A stretch of 40,000 bases of DNA from assembly GCF_002866065.1 (NCBI RefSeq), contig NZ_LNJZ01000008.1, forward strand, positions 106,346 through 146,345, given 5' to 3'. Source of the stretch: Thiopseudomonas denitrificans (GTDB lineage: Bacteria > Pseudomonadota > Gammaproteobacteria > Pseudomonadales > Pseudomonadaceae). A program made the translations under genes and the position numbers. The notes under the pieces are model-generated. The model saw nothing but the letters and a program-made list of their open reading frames with translations, had not been told where the DNA came from and searched no databases. This document shows positions 29,602-38,203 of the stretch, piece after piece. Position 1 is the stretch's first letter. Each line of letters starts with the position of its first letter.

Positions 29602-31716
29602 TTATTCTCCGTTGGTAAAGCTGAAGTTGGTGAGATAAGACTCGTACAGGCGCACTGGCTCAACGCCATCGGGCAACCGCTTGGCGATTGCCTGGAAGCG
29701 GCGGTCATCGTCGGTAACGATATAGGCAATGCGTAACCCATCCACCTGGGCCAGTGCCTCGATAAAGGGTGTAGCTGCATCCACGTTGTTTAACAGTGCA
29801 TAGGCATCGGCCACCGCCCAGCCATCGGCGGGCAGCTTCTCAATACGACGCCCACGCGCCCCAGCGCGCAACCACAGCAGCGGCGCAACTCGGCTAAACG
29901 CCAGGTTGTGGCTGACCGATAACGGGGTTTCATACGTCAAGGTGAAAAACTCGGCGTTCTCCTCGAAGCCATCCGACATAGGGAATTCATCAGTAAACTT
30001 GTAATCTCCCTTAATCGGCTCACCGTCCGGTATCTTCCCGGTGATAGCCGCAGCAACGCGGGGTTTGGTGATGTAGTCGCAGATGCCTAATTTTTCCCAG
30101 CCCGGATCGCCAGGCCTTAAGCCTTCTTTACGCAATGCTTTCTGCTCGTCAGCGGCAACCTCATTATTTGTTACTGAAATGCACTGGCGGCGCCCACCAT
30201 CCTGCTTATTCAGGCGCATTACAGCGTGGGCCGTGGTACCTGAACCCGAAAAGAAGTCGAGAACTATGGCTTCGGATTTTTTGGCCACAAAGAAACGAAG
30301 TGCATCTTCGACAGCATAGAGCGATTTCGGAAAGGGAAATTTTCTATTCGGAATTAACGAGCGCAGCAATGTCGAGCCATACAAACCGGCGTCATGAGCG
30401 GGACTTGTCCAGACTGTTCGCGGCCTTGTTAATCGAACAGCCCCTTCCCTATGGCGAAGGATCAGCGCGCCTGACTCATCCTTCCCAAGAACATCAATCT
30501 CACCATTTTCAATGCGACGTTTTTCAGCCGCCCTAAGATAATTTACTGTAAATCGTGTCCCAGAGACATTAAGCCGAGCAGAGCCTTCTCGAAATGCAGC
30601 ACGAACTGATACTGAGCCAAGTTGCCATGTATTCTCAGAACCATCCGGACGAATAGGCCAAACGGCACTGACATCCGGGGATGGAGGTTTTACCTCTTCT
30701 CTGTCAGCGCCCAACGGAATTGTCTCGCCTACTGAGTGCAAAGAGCCATCGGATCTTACCCATATCGGATAAAACAAATTTGGTCGAGCTTCTCGTGAAC
30801 TATTCGATCCAGTTCTCATGAGAGAAAACCATATCGGGGAAGTATTCTTTACAGGAACCTCCTCCCCCGACATTGGGGCCGCCAACACACTCGACGATCC
30901 AAATTGGACGATAAATAGATACTCTTCAGTTCGCGTAAACTCATCAGGCCTCGCCACGCCAGCGCGAGGATTGATAACAGCAGTCACCATCTGAATGCGC
31001 GCATCTGGAAAGGTTTGCTCTAACAACAAACCCAACCGCAAATATTCTTTTTCGTCAATCGCAACTATTAACACCGAATCCACCGGATTCAGCAGCTCTT
31101 TCGCCACTAATAAGCGGCGCTCCATCATGGCCAACCATTTGCTGTGACGATATTGATCATCGCTTTCAACATAGTCGTTGTTATACTTCCAGTCCTTCGC
31201 CCCGGTGTTGTAGGGTGGGTCGATATAGATCGCATCAACATTGCCGCGATGGGTGTAGGTCAGCGCTTTAAGGACATGGTAGTTTTCACCATTAATTACT
31301 GTATGGCATGGCTTGTCTCCGCCACGCTGTACCTTGCCGGTACTGACTAGCCCTGGATAGATGGTGTCGCGGAACTCGGCCACCACCACCAGGTCATCCA
31401 GCGCTACGGTTTGGGTTTCGCTCTCTTCGGCACCTATTAACTCCAAAACAGCGGACTTCTTGGCTCTTTGGATACTCTTCACCTGCCACAGCCGCTGATC
31501 GCCCTTCTTGGTGGAACCACGCTCCGGCAATACGCGCACCTTGTCACCCTTCCGAATCGGTCGCAGCGGCAACTCTACCGCTTCTGGGCTATGACGCTCA
31601 AAGTTCAGTCCGAAGGGTAACCGTGACGACAGCATTTTGAACTCTCGATCCAGCTCGGCCCCTAACGCCGCGTCTCTGGCTTTTGCCTTGGCAATCAAAT
31701 CTGTCAGTCTGGACAC
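29602..31716 (-). CDS. mod: Type III R-M DNA methyltransferase, Mod subunit (N6-adenine, beta-class)
   Basis: Part of ORF 29602..31911. Motif IV IYIDPPYNTG precedes motif I DFFSGSGTTAHA. The start is uncertain. GTG at 31716 (VSRLTDLIAKAKARD, 19 nt after the recombinase stop) is preferred. The alternative ATG at 31635 is possible. Confidence 0.8.
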   Translation of the reverse strand: MSRLTDLIAKAKARDAALGAELDREFKMLSSRLPFGLNFERHSPEAVELPLRPIRKGDKVRVLPERGSTKKGDQRLWQVKSIQRAKKSAVLELIGAEESETQTVALDDLVVVAEFRDTIYPGLVSTGKVQRGGDKPCHTVINGENYHVLKALTYTHRGNVDAIYIDPPYNTGAKDWKYNNDYVESDDQYRHSKWLAMMERRLLVAKELLNPVDSVLIVAIDEKEYLRLGLLLEQTFPDARIQMVTAVINPRAGVARPDEFTRTEEYLFIVQFGSSSVLAAPMSGEEVPVKNTSPIWFSLMRTGSNSSREARPNLFYPIWVRSDGSLHSVGETIPLGADREEVKPPSPDVSAVWPIRPDGSENTWQLGSVSVRAAFREGSARLNVSGTRFTVNYLRAAEKRRIENGEIDVLGKDESGALILRHREGAVRLTRPRTVWTSPAHDAGLYGSTLLRSLIPNRKFPFPKSLYAVEDALRFFVAKKSEAIVLDFFSGSGTTAHAVMRLNKQDGGRRQCISVTNNEVAADEQKALRKEGLRPGDPGWEKLGICDYITKPRVAAAITGKIPDGEPIKGDYKFTDEFPMSDGFEENAEFFTLTYETPLSVSHNLAFSRVAPLLWLRAGARGRRIEKLPADGWAVADAYALLNNVDAATPFIEALAQVDGLRIAYIVTDDDRRFQAIAKRLPDGVEPVRLYESYLTNFSFTNGE

Positions 31717-31735
31717 GGAATTACTTCTCTCTTCT

Positions 31736-32308
31736 TTATTGATGGCGCGGTTGTACAACGCCGCAATGCTTATAAATCGTTGTTCTCGATACGCCGTAGT
31801 CACGGGCCACTTCGGCAACGCTGGTATTTGGACCGCGAAGCAATGCCTTGATCTGGCGTATCTGTTTTGCGTCCAGCTTTGGTTTACGACCACCTGCCCG
31901 GCCTCGGGCACGAGCTGCGGCCAGCCCGGCTTGAGTGCGCTCCCTGATCAGGCCACGCTCAAACTCAGCTAGCGCCGCAAATACATGGAAAACCAACTTG
32001 CCCGCCGCGCCGCCTGTCTCGATTTTTTCTGTCAAGCTCTCAAAGCCAATGCCTCGTTGATCAAGGTCAGCGATGATCTGCACCAGGTCAGGCAAACTGC
32101 GGCCAAGACGATCCAAGCGCCATACCACCAGCGTATCCCCAGCCCGTAGGGCCTTGCGGCACTGTTCAAGCTCTGGACGCACGGCGTTCTTGCCGCTGAT
32201 CGCTTCTTCGTAGATCACGCTGCACCCAGCCTGAGAAAGCGCATCGCGCTGCAACTCCAGGTGCTGGTCATCGGTCGATACGCGAGCGTACCCCATCCGT
32301 TGATTCAT
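31736..32308 (-). CDS. serine recombinase (resolvase/invertase family)
   Basis: 190-aa ORF with the catalytic motif MGYARVSTDDQ, then DTLVVWRLDRLGRS, and the C-terminal HTH VARDYGVSRTTIYKH. Confidence 0.9.
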   Translation of the reverse strand: MNQRMGYARVSTDDQHLELQRDALSQAGCSVIYEEAISGKNAVRPELEQCRKALRAGDTLVVWRLDRLGRSLPDLVQIIADLDQRGIGFESLTEKIETGGAAGKLVFHVFAALAEFERGLIRERTQAGLAAARARGRAGGRKPKLDAKQIRQIKALLRGPNTSVAEVARDYGVSRTTIYKHCGVVQPRHQ

Positions 32309-32346
32309 GGACGCAACCAGTACATTGAAAAGTTGACGGGTATCTT

Positions 32347-32421
32347 AACACTCAATAACGATAACAGCGATCAGAAAACATAGCATTTTAGAGTGTTCAT
32401 AAAACCACCGTTTTATGAACA
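32347..32421. promoter_or_regulatory. res-like recombination/operator region upstream of the serine recombinase
   Basis: A perfect 28-bp palindrome TGTTCATAAAAC-cacc-GTTTTATGAACA lies at 32394-32421. Additional TGTT-type half-sites (reverse-strand TGTTAAGATA, TGTTATCGTT, TGTTTTCTGA) lie between it and the gene. Confidence 0.55.
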
Positions 32422-32616
32422 GTTACCGCCACCGGCTTCTTTCGTCTATTGCGGTGCACCTCCCTCTGCATACATCCGACGAATTGCTAGAAGTGAACCT
32501 AGTCGATTTCCTCATTTTGGAAACGTTACGCGTTTTCGAAGCAGACCTACACGAAGCCCTATTTGAAGAAAAGTCATTGCTCTTGCAAGAATATAGCCTC
32601 GGGTTCGATGTAGTGG

Positions 32617-32850
32617 TCAACTAATTCCGGACACATTTTTAAGTTTTTCTTCCGCAACTGCAGGAGCCAAGCCATCATTATGGACATGTGGCCGCTCCCA
32701 GTTGTAATAGCCCATCAGGTAGCTGCCAATATCGCTTGTAGCAGCCGCTAAATCTGGATAGCCGGTCTCTGGCATCCATTCCGTTTTTAAACTTCGAAAC
32801 AGACGCTCCATTGCCGCCATCGTGTAATGATTTGATTTTATGTATCACGT
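32617..32850 (-). pseudogene. IS3-family transposase (OrfB) C-terminal fragment
   Basis: The minus-strand reading KSNHYTMAAMERLFRSLKTEWMPETGY...YYNWERPHVHNDGLAP matches the conserved KGNCYDNA.MERFF.SLK.E...YYN..RPH end of IS3 OrfB. A stop codon lies immediately upstream. No catalytic core is present. Confidence 0.6.
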
Positions 32851-33063
32851 TCCACCTCTTCATCAGCGGTTCCCGGCCAGTCAAAATGCCGTGAACCCTA
32901 TCTGTTTTTTGGCCAGAAAGGCCACTCTGGGTGGGTCAAAATTAATGGCCAGAGGTGGGTCAGTTTAGATGGCCATTAACAAGCAAAAATCGTATATGCC
33001 CTATCCCCACAGGTGCATGCAGCGAGCCGACATACACTCGCTGCTTTTCCGCCCTATCGCACC

Positions 33064-33759
33064 TTACAGCTGGATACGCGGTCTAGCAAACCTGCTACGC
33101 GCTGCCCGCCTTTCTCGACTGGAACCAAACGAGTGTCTGCTACCCACCACTTTGGTTGAGACCTTCGCCAAATAGCTAGCTCGACGAAGCAGTCGATCTT
33201 GGCTGCCCACGTCCCCCTCAGTGACTCTGTAGATAGCGTTCTCAGGGAAATGCACCAGACCTAGCGCATCATCAACATCCATCCTTAAAGCTCCAGACCA
33301 AGCCTCCAGTACCCTGTTGAACAAGTTATCACGCCCCAGCTCATAAACACCGATAGCGTTGAAGGCATCACGATTCAAAAACAATACGAAGTGATAATGC
33401 ACCCGTCCCCGTTGTGGCAACTCCCGGGCCCACACGTACCGTACCCCCGTCTCATGTACCCTTCCAGCTTTGGACTGACGAGCAGACTTGATTCGAGCCC
33501 ATTTGATTTTTTCTTTAAGCGAACTGATAAAGCGATCAATCAGCCTGTCCTCAGCTAACCCCCACTCAATAGCTGGTATCTGCAAATCAAAGCGCACAGC
33601 AAAAGTTCTCGGATGTTCATCAAGGGACCGGTTCATTACCTCGATTATCTTATCCAGGTACTTAGCCACAAATGGACCTTTAGTTGCCATAATGGGATAC
33701 CCTCTGTATTGAGCACCATGTACAATTTGGGATCTAAATTTACGTGTTAGGCTTTTCAT
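33064..33759 (-). CDS. inovirus Gp2-like / YagK-YfjJ family protein
   Basis: 231-aa ORF with SD GAGGAA. PRTFAVRFDLQIP, YVWARE and GRVHYHFVLFLNRDAF follow the pattern of the YfjJ/YagK family common on P4-type islands. Confidence 0.6.
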   Translation of the reverse strand: MKSLTRKFRSQIVHGAQYRGYPIMATKGPFVAKYLDKIIEVMNRSLDEHPRTFAVRFDLQIPAIEWGLAEDRLIDRFISSLKEKIKWARIKSARQSKAGRVHETGVRYVWARELPQRGRVHYHFVLFLNRDAFNAIGVYELGRDNLFNRVLEAWSGALRMDVDDALGLVHFPENAIYRVTEGDVGSQDRLLRRASYLAKVSTKVVGSRHSFGSSRERRAARSRFARPRIQL

Positions 33760-34215
33760 GTTTTCCTCATACTACTAATCCAACCCAAAGCTATCAGGCA
33801 CCAGTAGGCACATCGCCATGAAGCCAATAGCAATGGGTGATTGAGTTGTTTTTAAATGCTTAGATCACTAGCGTTGTTACTAGTGCTTGGTTGACTGGTC
33901 AGTAACTATTTCGTCACATGAGAAGCAAGAGTGAACCAATAGTCATCTCAGTGCATATACATCACAGTCATTGATGTGTTGAGTGGTAGGTGTGGAGTAT
34001 TAAGGATTGAGTGTTAGGGGTTGGATGTGGACACTAGATGTATTCAAGGGATAAGTATTAGAGACACAATACTAATACCGACCTCGTTCTCTTAGACATG
34101 CCCCAGCTTTGAAGCGCCTGAGTTTACTTCCTCTGTTGACACCCCAGGAAACGGCCACGCTTTGTTATTCCAACCACTCTGGTAAAGCTGTCCATAACAT
34201 GTGCAACCCTCCACT

Positions 34216-34407
34216 CTATTCACGAGTGGAGTCGCGCTCTGCAATCCGCCCCTCCAACCACTCATGGATCTCCGACTCGACCCAGGCTACGCAGTTACCG
34301 CCAAGTGGCACCTGCTTCGGAAAGCGACCTTCCGCTACGAACTTGTAGATGGTTGAACGTGCCAGGCTGGTCAGCTCCATGACGTCGCGCAGTTTGATGA
34401 ATTTCAT
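34216..34407 (-). CDS. alpA: AlpA-family transcriptional regulator / excisionase-like protein
   Basis: Part of ORF 34216..34434, trimmed to the ATG at 34407 (SD GAGGA). It reads MKFIKLRDVMELTSLARSTIYKFVAEGRFPKQVPLGGNCVAWVESEIHEWL. Confidence 0.85.
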   Translation of the reverse strand: MKFIKLRDVMELTSLARSTIYKFVAEGRFPKQVPLGGNCVAWVESEIHEWLEGRIAERDSTRE

Positions 34408-34930
34408 TTTTTGATCCTCGGTATGGTTGAACATACCAAGATCAATTTGTGTATTTTTTTAAGGCGGCCTGTGGGTTGCCATGAGCACAGTCCTTGAAGC
34501 TGCCTATTGGAACCTATACCCCCAAAGCACAGCCTTCCCTAACAACCACCTGGAACAGATCGGCAGCACCAGCTGGCCGGCACTCCTCCAAAGAAAGACT
34601 AAGCAACAAGCCGAAAAACCAGACCACACAGCACACTTTGAGGGGGCAGTAGATGCCATAGGCTCTCTAGAATCTGCCAGGCACATCATGAGGGTGTTTC
34701 ACACATATACGGTCCACCGGGCCTGTAGCCAGGCTCATTATGAAAAAATTATGTATTACTTTCTGTATTACTTTAGTCTTTTAGTCGGATATTTTTGTAT
34801 ATTTTTACGTCGTGGTATATCGTCAGCCATCCGAGCACCAACGGTTGCCTAGCTGCTCTTAGCATCCGCTATTAGGGACGCTCAAGACCTACACACCGTA
34901 GCCAGCTTCCAAACCAGAAGGGACACAATG

Positions 34931-36348
34931 GGCTCTTCGCATTTAAGGGTGTAGCTGGTTTCTAAACCCTCCGGATTTCAGCAGGCACCTGGCGATGTAG
35001 TTGGTTAAATTTCTAAAGCCCAAAGCAGTGCCTCGCAAGTGTTCCAGCCGACCATTGATAGCTTCTGTAGGTCCGTTGCTGGTTCCTGGTCGGTCGAAGT
35101 AGGCCAGGATGCTATCCGCGTATTTTTTCAGCGTTTTTCCCAAGCCTTTCACCTCGATGAGCGCTTTGGGCAAGTCGCTGGCTGTAATGATATTTATGGC
35201 CTCTTGCATGAGTTTTTTACCACGCCTTCGATCCGGCTCGTTGTAGGCGCTGACCACCCGTTGGTACATGTTCCAAGTGCAATCCACTTCGAGGTGGTGC
35301 TCATCTGCAAACAGCTGGAACAGTTGCTTTTTGTTGGCGTCAGACAGGTAGCTGATCCGGGTCAGCAGCGTTCGACGGCTTTTGTAGAGCGGGTCGTTTT
35401 TACGCCCTCTACGGCCTAGGACGTCTTGTTGCACACGCCGGCGGCATTCATCCAGCATGTTGCTTGCCCAGCGCACGACATGGAAAGGATCCAGCACGGT
35501 TTGGGCTTGAGGCAGGGCTTCTTGCGCCGCAGATTTAAACCCCGTAAAACCGTCCATGGCAATGCTTTCGATCTGGTCACGCCAAGCCCAGGGACGATTG
35601 TTCAGCCACTGTTTAAAGGCTTGTTTGGAGCGGCCTTCCAGCACAGCCAGCAAGCGCGATGATCCGGTTTTGTTACGCACGGGTGTGAGGTCAACCACGA
35701 TGGTGACGTACTTGTCACCACGGCGTGTGTGCCGCCAGACATGCTCATCCACACCGAGCACGGTCACACCGTCAAACCGCTTTGGATCATTAAAAAGCAG
35801 GCGCTGACCTTCGTTGATAATGGCGCTATTGGCGGTGTGCCAGGCAACGTCCAGATGGCTCGCAACACGGGATACCGACAAGTCATCCAGCACGATGGCA
35901 GCCAATGCCCAGCGTATCGCTCCATGGGAAAGCTTTGAGCGTGGCGGCGCAGCACTGCTGGTATCTTCGTGCCAGAAACAACCGCAAGTACAACGCCAGC
36001 GACGAATGCGCAGCAGCAATCTGGTTGGCCGCTGCCCGTAAGGCGCGTGGGCCAGATGCCTATCGATAGTGCCGCGTGAAAAGCCAGCAGCCCCGCACTT
36101 GGGGCACGGCTCAGGTGCTTTGGTGAAACGGCATTCTATAACGGCGCGTTCTGCACAAAGGTGTTGTCCAGTGGCAACAAGGCCGAGGTTATTCAGCTGG
36201 CAAAAGCTGGAAAGATAAGGGCTTGAAAAGGTAAGATTGTTCACGTCGGGGGCTTGGTTTTTGTTTGTGTAGGAGCTTACATTTTCTAGGTTCCCCGACA
36301 CCTTTTCCAGCCGTCAGATTTTTTCTACACCCTCAAATGCGAAGAGCC
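34931..36348 (-). mobile_element. complete ISL3-family insertion sequence (1418 bp)
   Basis: The 24-bp terminal IRs are GGCTCTTCGCATTTAAGGGTGTAG (34931-34954) and, reverse-complemented, 36325-36348 (23/24 match). The 8-bp target duplication ACACAATG lies at 34923-34930 and 36349-36356. A single transposase ORF lies inside. Confidence 0.9.
34943..36301 (-). CDS. ISL3-family transposase
   Basis: 452-aa ORF with the zinc-finger region CPKCG...RRWRCTCGC, then VLGVDEHVW, MDGFTGFK, VLDPFHVV and NGPTEAINGRLEHLRGTALGFRN. Confidence 0.9.
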   Translation of the reverse strand: MSGNLENVSSYTNKNQAPDVNNLTFSSPYLSSFCQLNNLGLVATGQHLCAERAVIECRFTKAPEPCPKCGAAGFSRGTIDRHLAHAPYGQRPTRLLLRIRRWRCTCGCFWHEDTSSAAPPRSKLSHGAIRWALAAIVLDDLSVSRVASHLDVAWHTANSAIINEGQRLLFNDPKRFDGVTVLGVDEHVWRHTRRGDKYVTIVVDLTPVRNKTGSSRLLAVLEGRSKQAFKQWLNNRPWAWRDQIESIAMDGFTGFKSAAQEALPQAQTVLDPFHVVRWASNMLDECRRRVQQDVLGRRGRKNDPLYKSRRTLLTRISYLSDANKKQLFQLFADEHHLEVDCTWNMYQRVVSAYNEPDRRRGKKLMQEAINIITASDLPKALIEVKGLGKTLKKYADSILAYFDRPGTSNGPTEAINGRLEHLRGTALGFRNLTNYIARCLLKSGGFRNQLHP

Positions 36349-36353
36349 ACACA

Positions 36354-37775
36354 ATGGGCAACACACAGAAAGGCGCCGCACCCCTGAAAGCCGACCTCCT
36401 CATGGAGAACAGCCAGGGCGCTCATCTACTCCAGCAGTACGGGTTTCGCATTCACAGCGAGCACGACAGCCTGAGAAAACAAATCAGAGATAGATTCATT
36501 TCTTTAAGCAGACATGACAGGAAAAAGGCTGCAGATGAGCTCAAAAAAAATTACAAAAAGCTTGAACACTCGCTAAAAATATATATAAAAAAACAAAACG
36601 ATTTAGTTAAACTTTCTGCGCTTATTTGGCTAAGCTTTGAGTGCTCAATTAAAGATGAGAGTGAAAAATCCATAGAGCATGCCTGGATGGTGCTTGATGT
36701 AGACTACAAAAATAAATGCTCAGTGCTTTTAGACGCATCTTACTTTCCTCAGGAAGATTTGAATACGCGTATAAAACACGCTTTATTTTCCTTACCAACA
36801 CAAACCCTAACAGCGATAGAGTTCTGCTCATTTCTCTATGAAAAAGCTCTACACGAAAAAAACACATACGCCACAAAAAGACGATTTGAATTATTTTGCA
36901 GCGAATACATTAAAAAAGATAACAGCTATAGCAAGCAGCGTAACATAGATTTAATTTTTTTCTTATCCAACTGCAATAAAATCCTCTTTCAAGGACACGA
37001 AATCAAGCATGACCAAATAACAATTCTTGTTAGTTTAATGGACCAATTTTGGGGCTCAACGAAAATATGGAGAAACTATTTTTTCAACCATTTAAATGAC
37101 TGGCAAGAAATTATCATCTTGGATCACAAGGAGCTTTCAACATATAAAAACCTCAACCATTTGCGAAGCGCAGCAGCCAAAGTCCTCCATATGGAGCCAG
37201 CTGAAATATCACAAAGGATGGACATAGCTGAGAAGATAGATCTATTACACGGCTACAGCTTCGAAAGCTTATCTTCCAGAAAAAAAGTTTATAAAGAAAT
37301 AAGCCGCATCTACACGAAAAGCAGCACCTCCCTTCTTCCACAAGACAAACCCAAAGCCGTTTCGTTAACCATTGACGAACTAGATTGTATAGCCAAGCTG
37401 CAGCACTCTTCCAAACCATCTACTCCAGAACTGATCAAGGAATGCTTACAACACGCCCTGAAACAGTACAAAGAAAGCCCAAATGACACAAAAACACAAC
37501 AATTAAGCGCCAAAATGCGCAAAAACATCAAGCGAACATCCATTAGGCTGGACATGGACAGCAAGCGACTCCTCAAAGATTTGCTCACTGCCATCAACAA
37601 ATCAAAAAACCCTCTTCCTCGTAAGCTAAGTGACTCGCTTGCCATAGGGATTGCCATAAGACTGTATGCAGAATCTAAGTCGCATAGAGAAATCAGCTAT
37701 AGAGGGGCAACATATACGTATTCCGGCGAACGTGACCGCCGATTCCGCGGAATCATCCAAAATTGGTCACGATAA
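36354..37775 (+). CDS. orphan AT-rich, Lys-rich hypothetical protein (473 aa)
   Basis: A long uninterrupted ORF in a strongly AT-rich segment. Its ATG lies inside the ISL3 target duplication. No recognisable motifs. Confidence 0.55.
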   Translation: MGNTQKGAAPLKADLLMENSQGAHLLQQYGFRIHSEHDSLRKQIRDRFISLSRHDRKKAADELKKNYKKLEHSLKIYIKKQNDLVKLSALIWLSFECSIKDESEKSIEHAWMVLDVDYKNKCSVLLDASYFPQEDLNTRIKHALFSLPTQTLTAIEFCSFLYEKALHEKNTYATKRRFELFCSEYIKKDNSYSKQRNIDLIFFLSNCNKILFQGHEIKHDQITILVSLMDQFWGSTKIWRNYFFNHLNDWQEIIILDHKELSTYKNLNHLRSAAAKVLHMEPAEISQRMDIAEKIDLLHGYSFESLSSRKKVYKEISRIYTKSSTSLLPQDKPKAVSLTIDELDCIAKLQHSSKPSTPELIKECLQHALKQYKESPNDTKTQQLSAKMRKNIKRTSIRLDMDSKRLLKDLLTAINKSKNPLPRKLSDSLAIGIAIRLYAESKSHREISYRGATYTYSGERDRRFRGIIQNWSR

Positions 37776-37987
37776 AACGGAACGGGCGGTCACGATGGCT
37801 CGGAATATGCTACTGATGGAGCGGTGGCCATTTTCCTGTGGCTACCTATGTGAAACGTCAACAGACCCTAGCAACTGGGGTTGTTTAGCCCAATTTCGGA
37901 ACAAACAGCAGAATGAGTTGCTAGCCGCACCCACCAGCCTCACCAAGCCCTTGCAAGGGAAATCTACTTGCCTATCCGAAGCAGACT

Positions 37988-38009
37988 GGTGGGTAAAGGG
38001 GTGGGTAAA
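37988..38009 (+). repeat. tandem GGTGGGTAAA motifs near attR (candidate integrase arm sites)
   Basis: GGTGGGTAAA occurs at 37988-37997 and 38000-38009. The same 10-mer occurs at 15675-15684 near attL, where related copies lie at 15630 and 15642. Confidence 0.45.
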
Positions 38010-38079
38010 TTTAAAAATGAGGCAAATAAATAAATGCAAGCAATTGAATAATAAATAATTTTAATTTTCACTCCACATT

Positions 38080-38101
38080 CAGATCCAGAACATCGAATGA
38101 C
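38080..38101. repeat. attR copy of the island direct repeat (native yicC 3' end)
   Basis: CAGATCCAGAACATCGAATGAC, 20/22 identical to 15502-15523. GC-rich sequence follows directly. Confidence 0.8.
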
Positions 38102-38203
38102 CGGTTCAGAACGGGCAGAACACCGCTACGAAAAGCACACCCGGCACCCGGAAAGCCAGCTTCGGCGGCAGCCCCGCCCCGGATAAAATCCGCTGAAGCG
38201 GAA

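Larger units (their letters stand above)
15502..38101. mobile_element. integrative genomic island (about 22.6 kb, P4-integrase type) inserted in the 3' end of yicC
   Basis: 22-bp direct repeats lie at both ends, with the integrase directly inside attL. The interior holds mosaic, visibly lower-GC cargo: TA pair, cassette array, Type III R-M, IS elements and alpA. GC-rich core-like sequence resumes immediately after 38101. Confidence 0.8.

Noticed and set aside
32415-32624. 69-aa plus-strand ORF (…LLEVNLVDFLILETLRVFEADLHEALFEEK…), vaguely reminiscent of the C-terminal region of KAP-family NTPases.
   Set aside because: The resemblance rests on a short stretch recalled from memory. The ORF begins inside the res palindrome and ends at the IS3 fragment. 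It may be a gene fragment, but I cannot support a call.
32678-32884. 68-aa minus-strand ORF (MTGREPLMKRWNVIHKIKSLHDGG...).
   Set aside because: Its C-terminal half is simply the wrong frame of the IS3 OrfB fragment. It is likely a chance ORF across a decay junction.
34481-34852. 123-aa plus-strand ORF between alpA and the ISL3 element.
   Set aside because: It has no SD and no motifs, and its composition does not look like coding sequence. It probably spans the alpA promoter region and the native upstream region of the orphan gene.
37666-38058. 130-aa plus-strand ORF at the right end of the island (or a shorter version from 37795).
   Set aside because: It overlaps the 3' end of the 473-aa ORF and runs through the GGTGGGTAAA arm-type repeats. 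It is Cys/Trp-rich with no recognisable family, so the region is more likely att-arm DNA.
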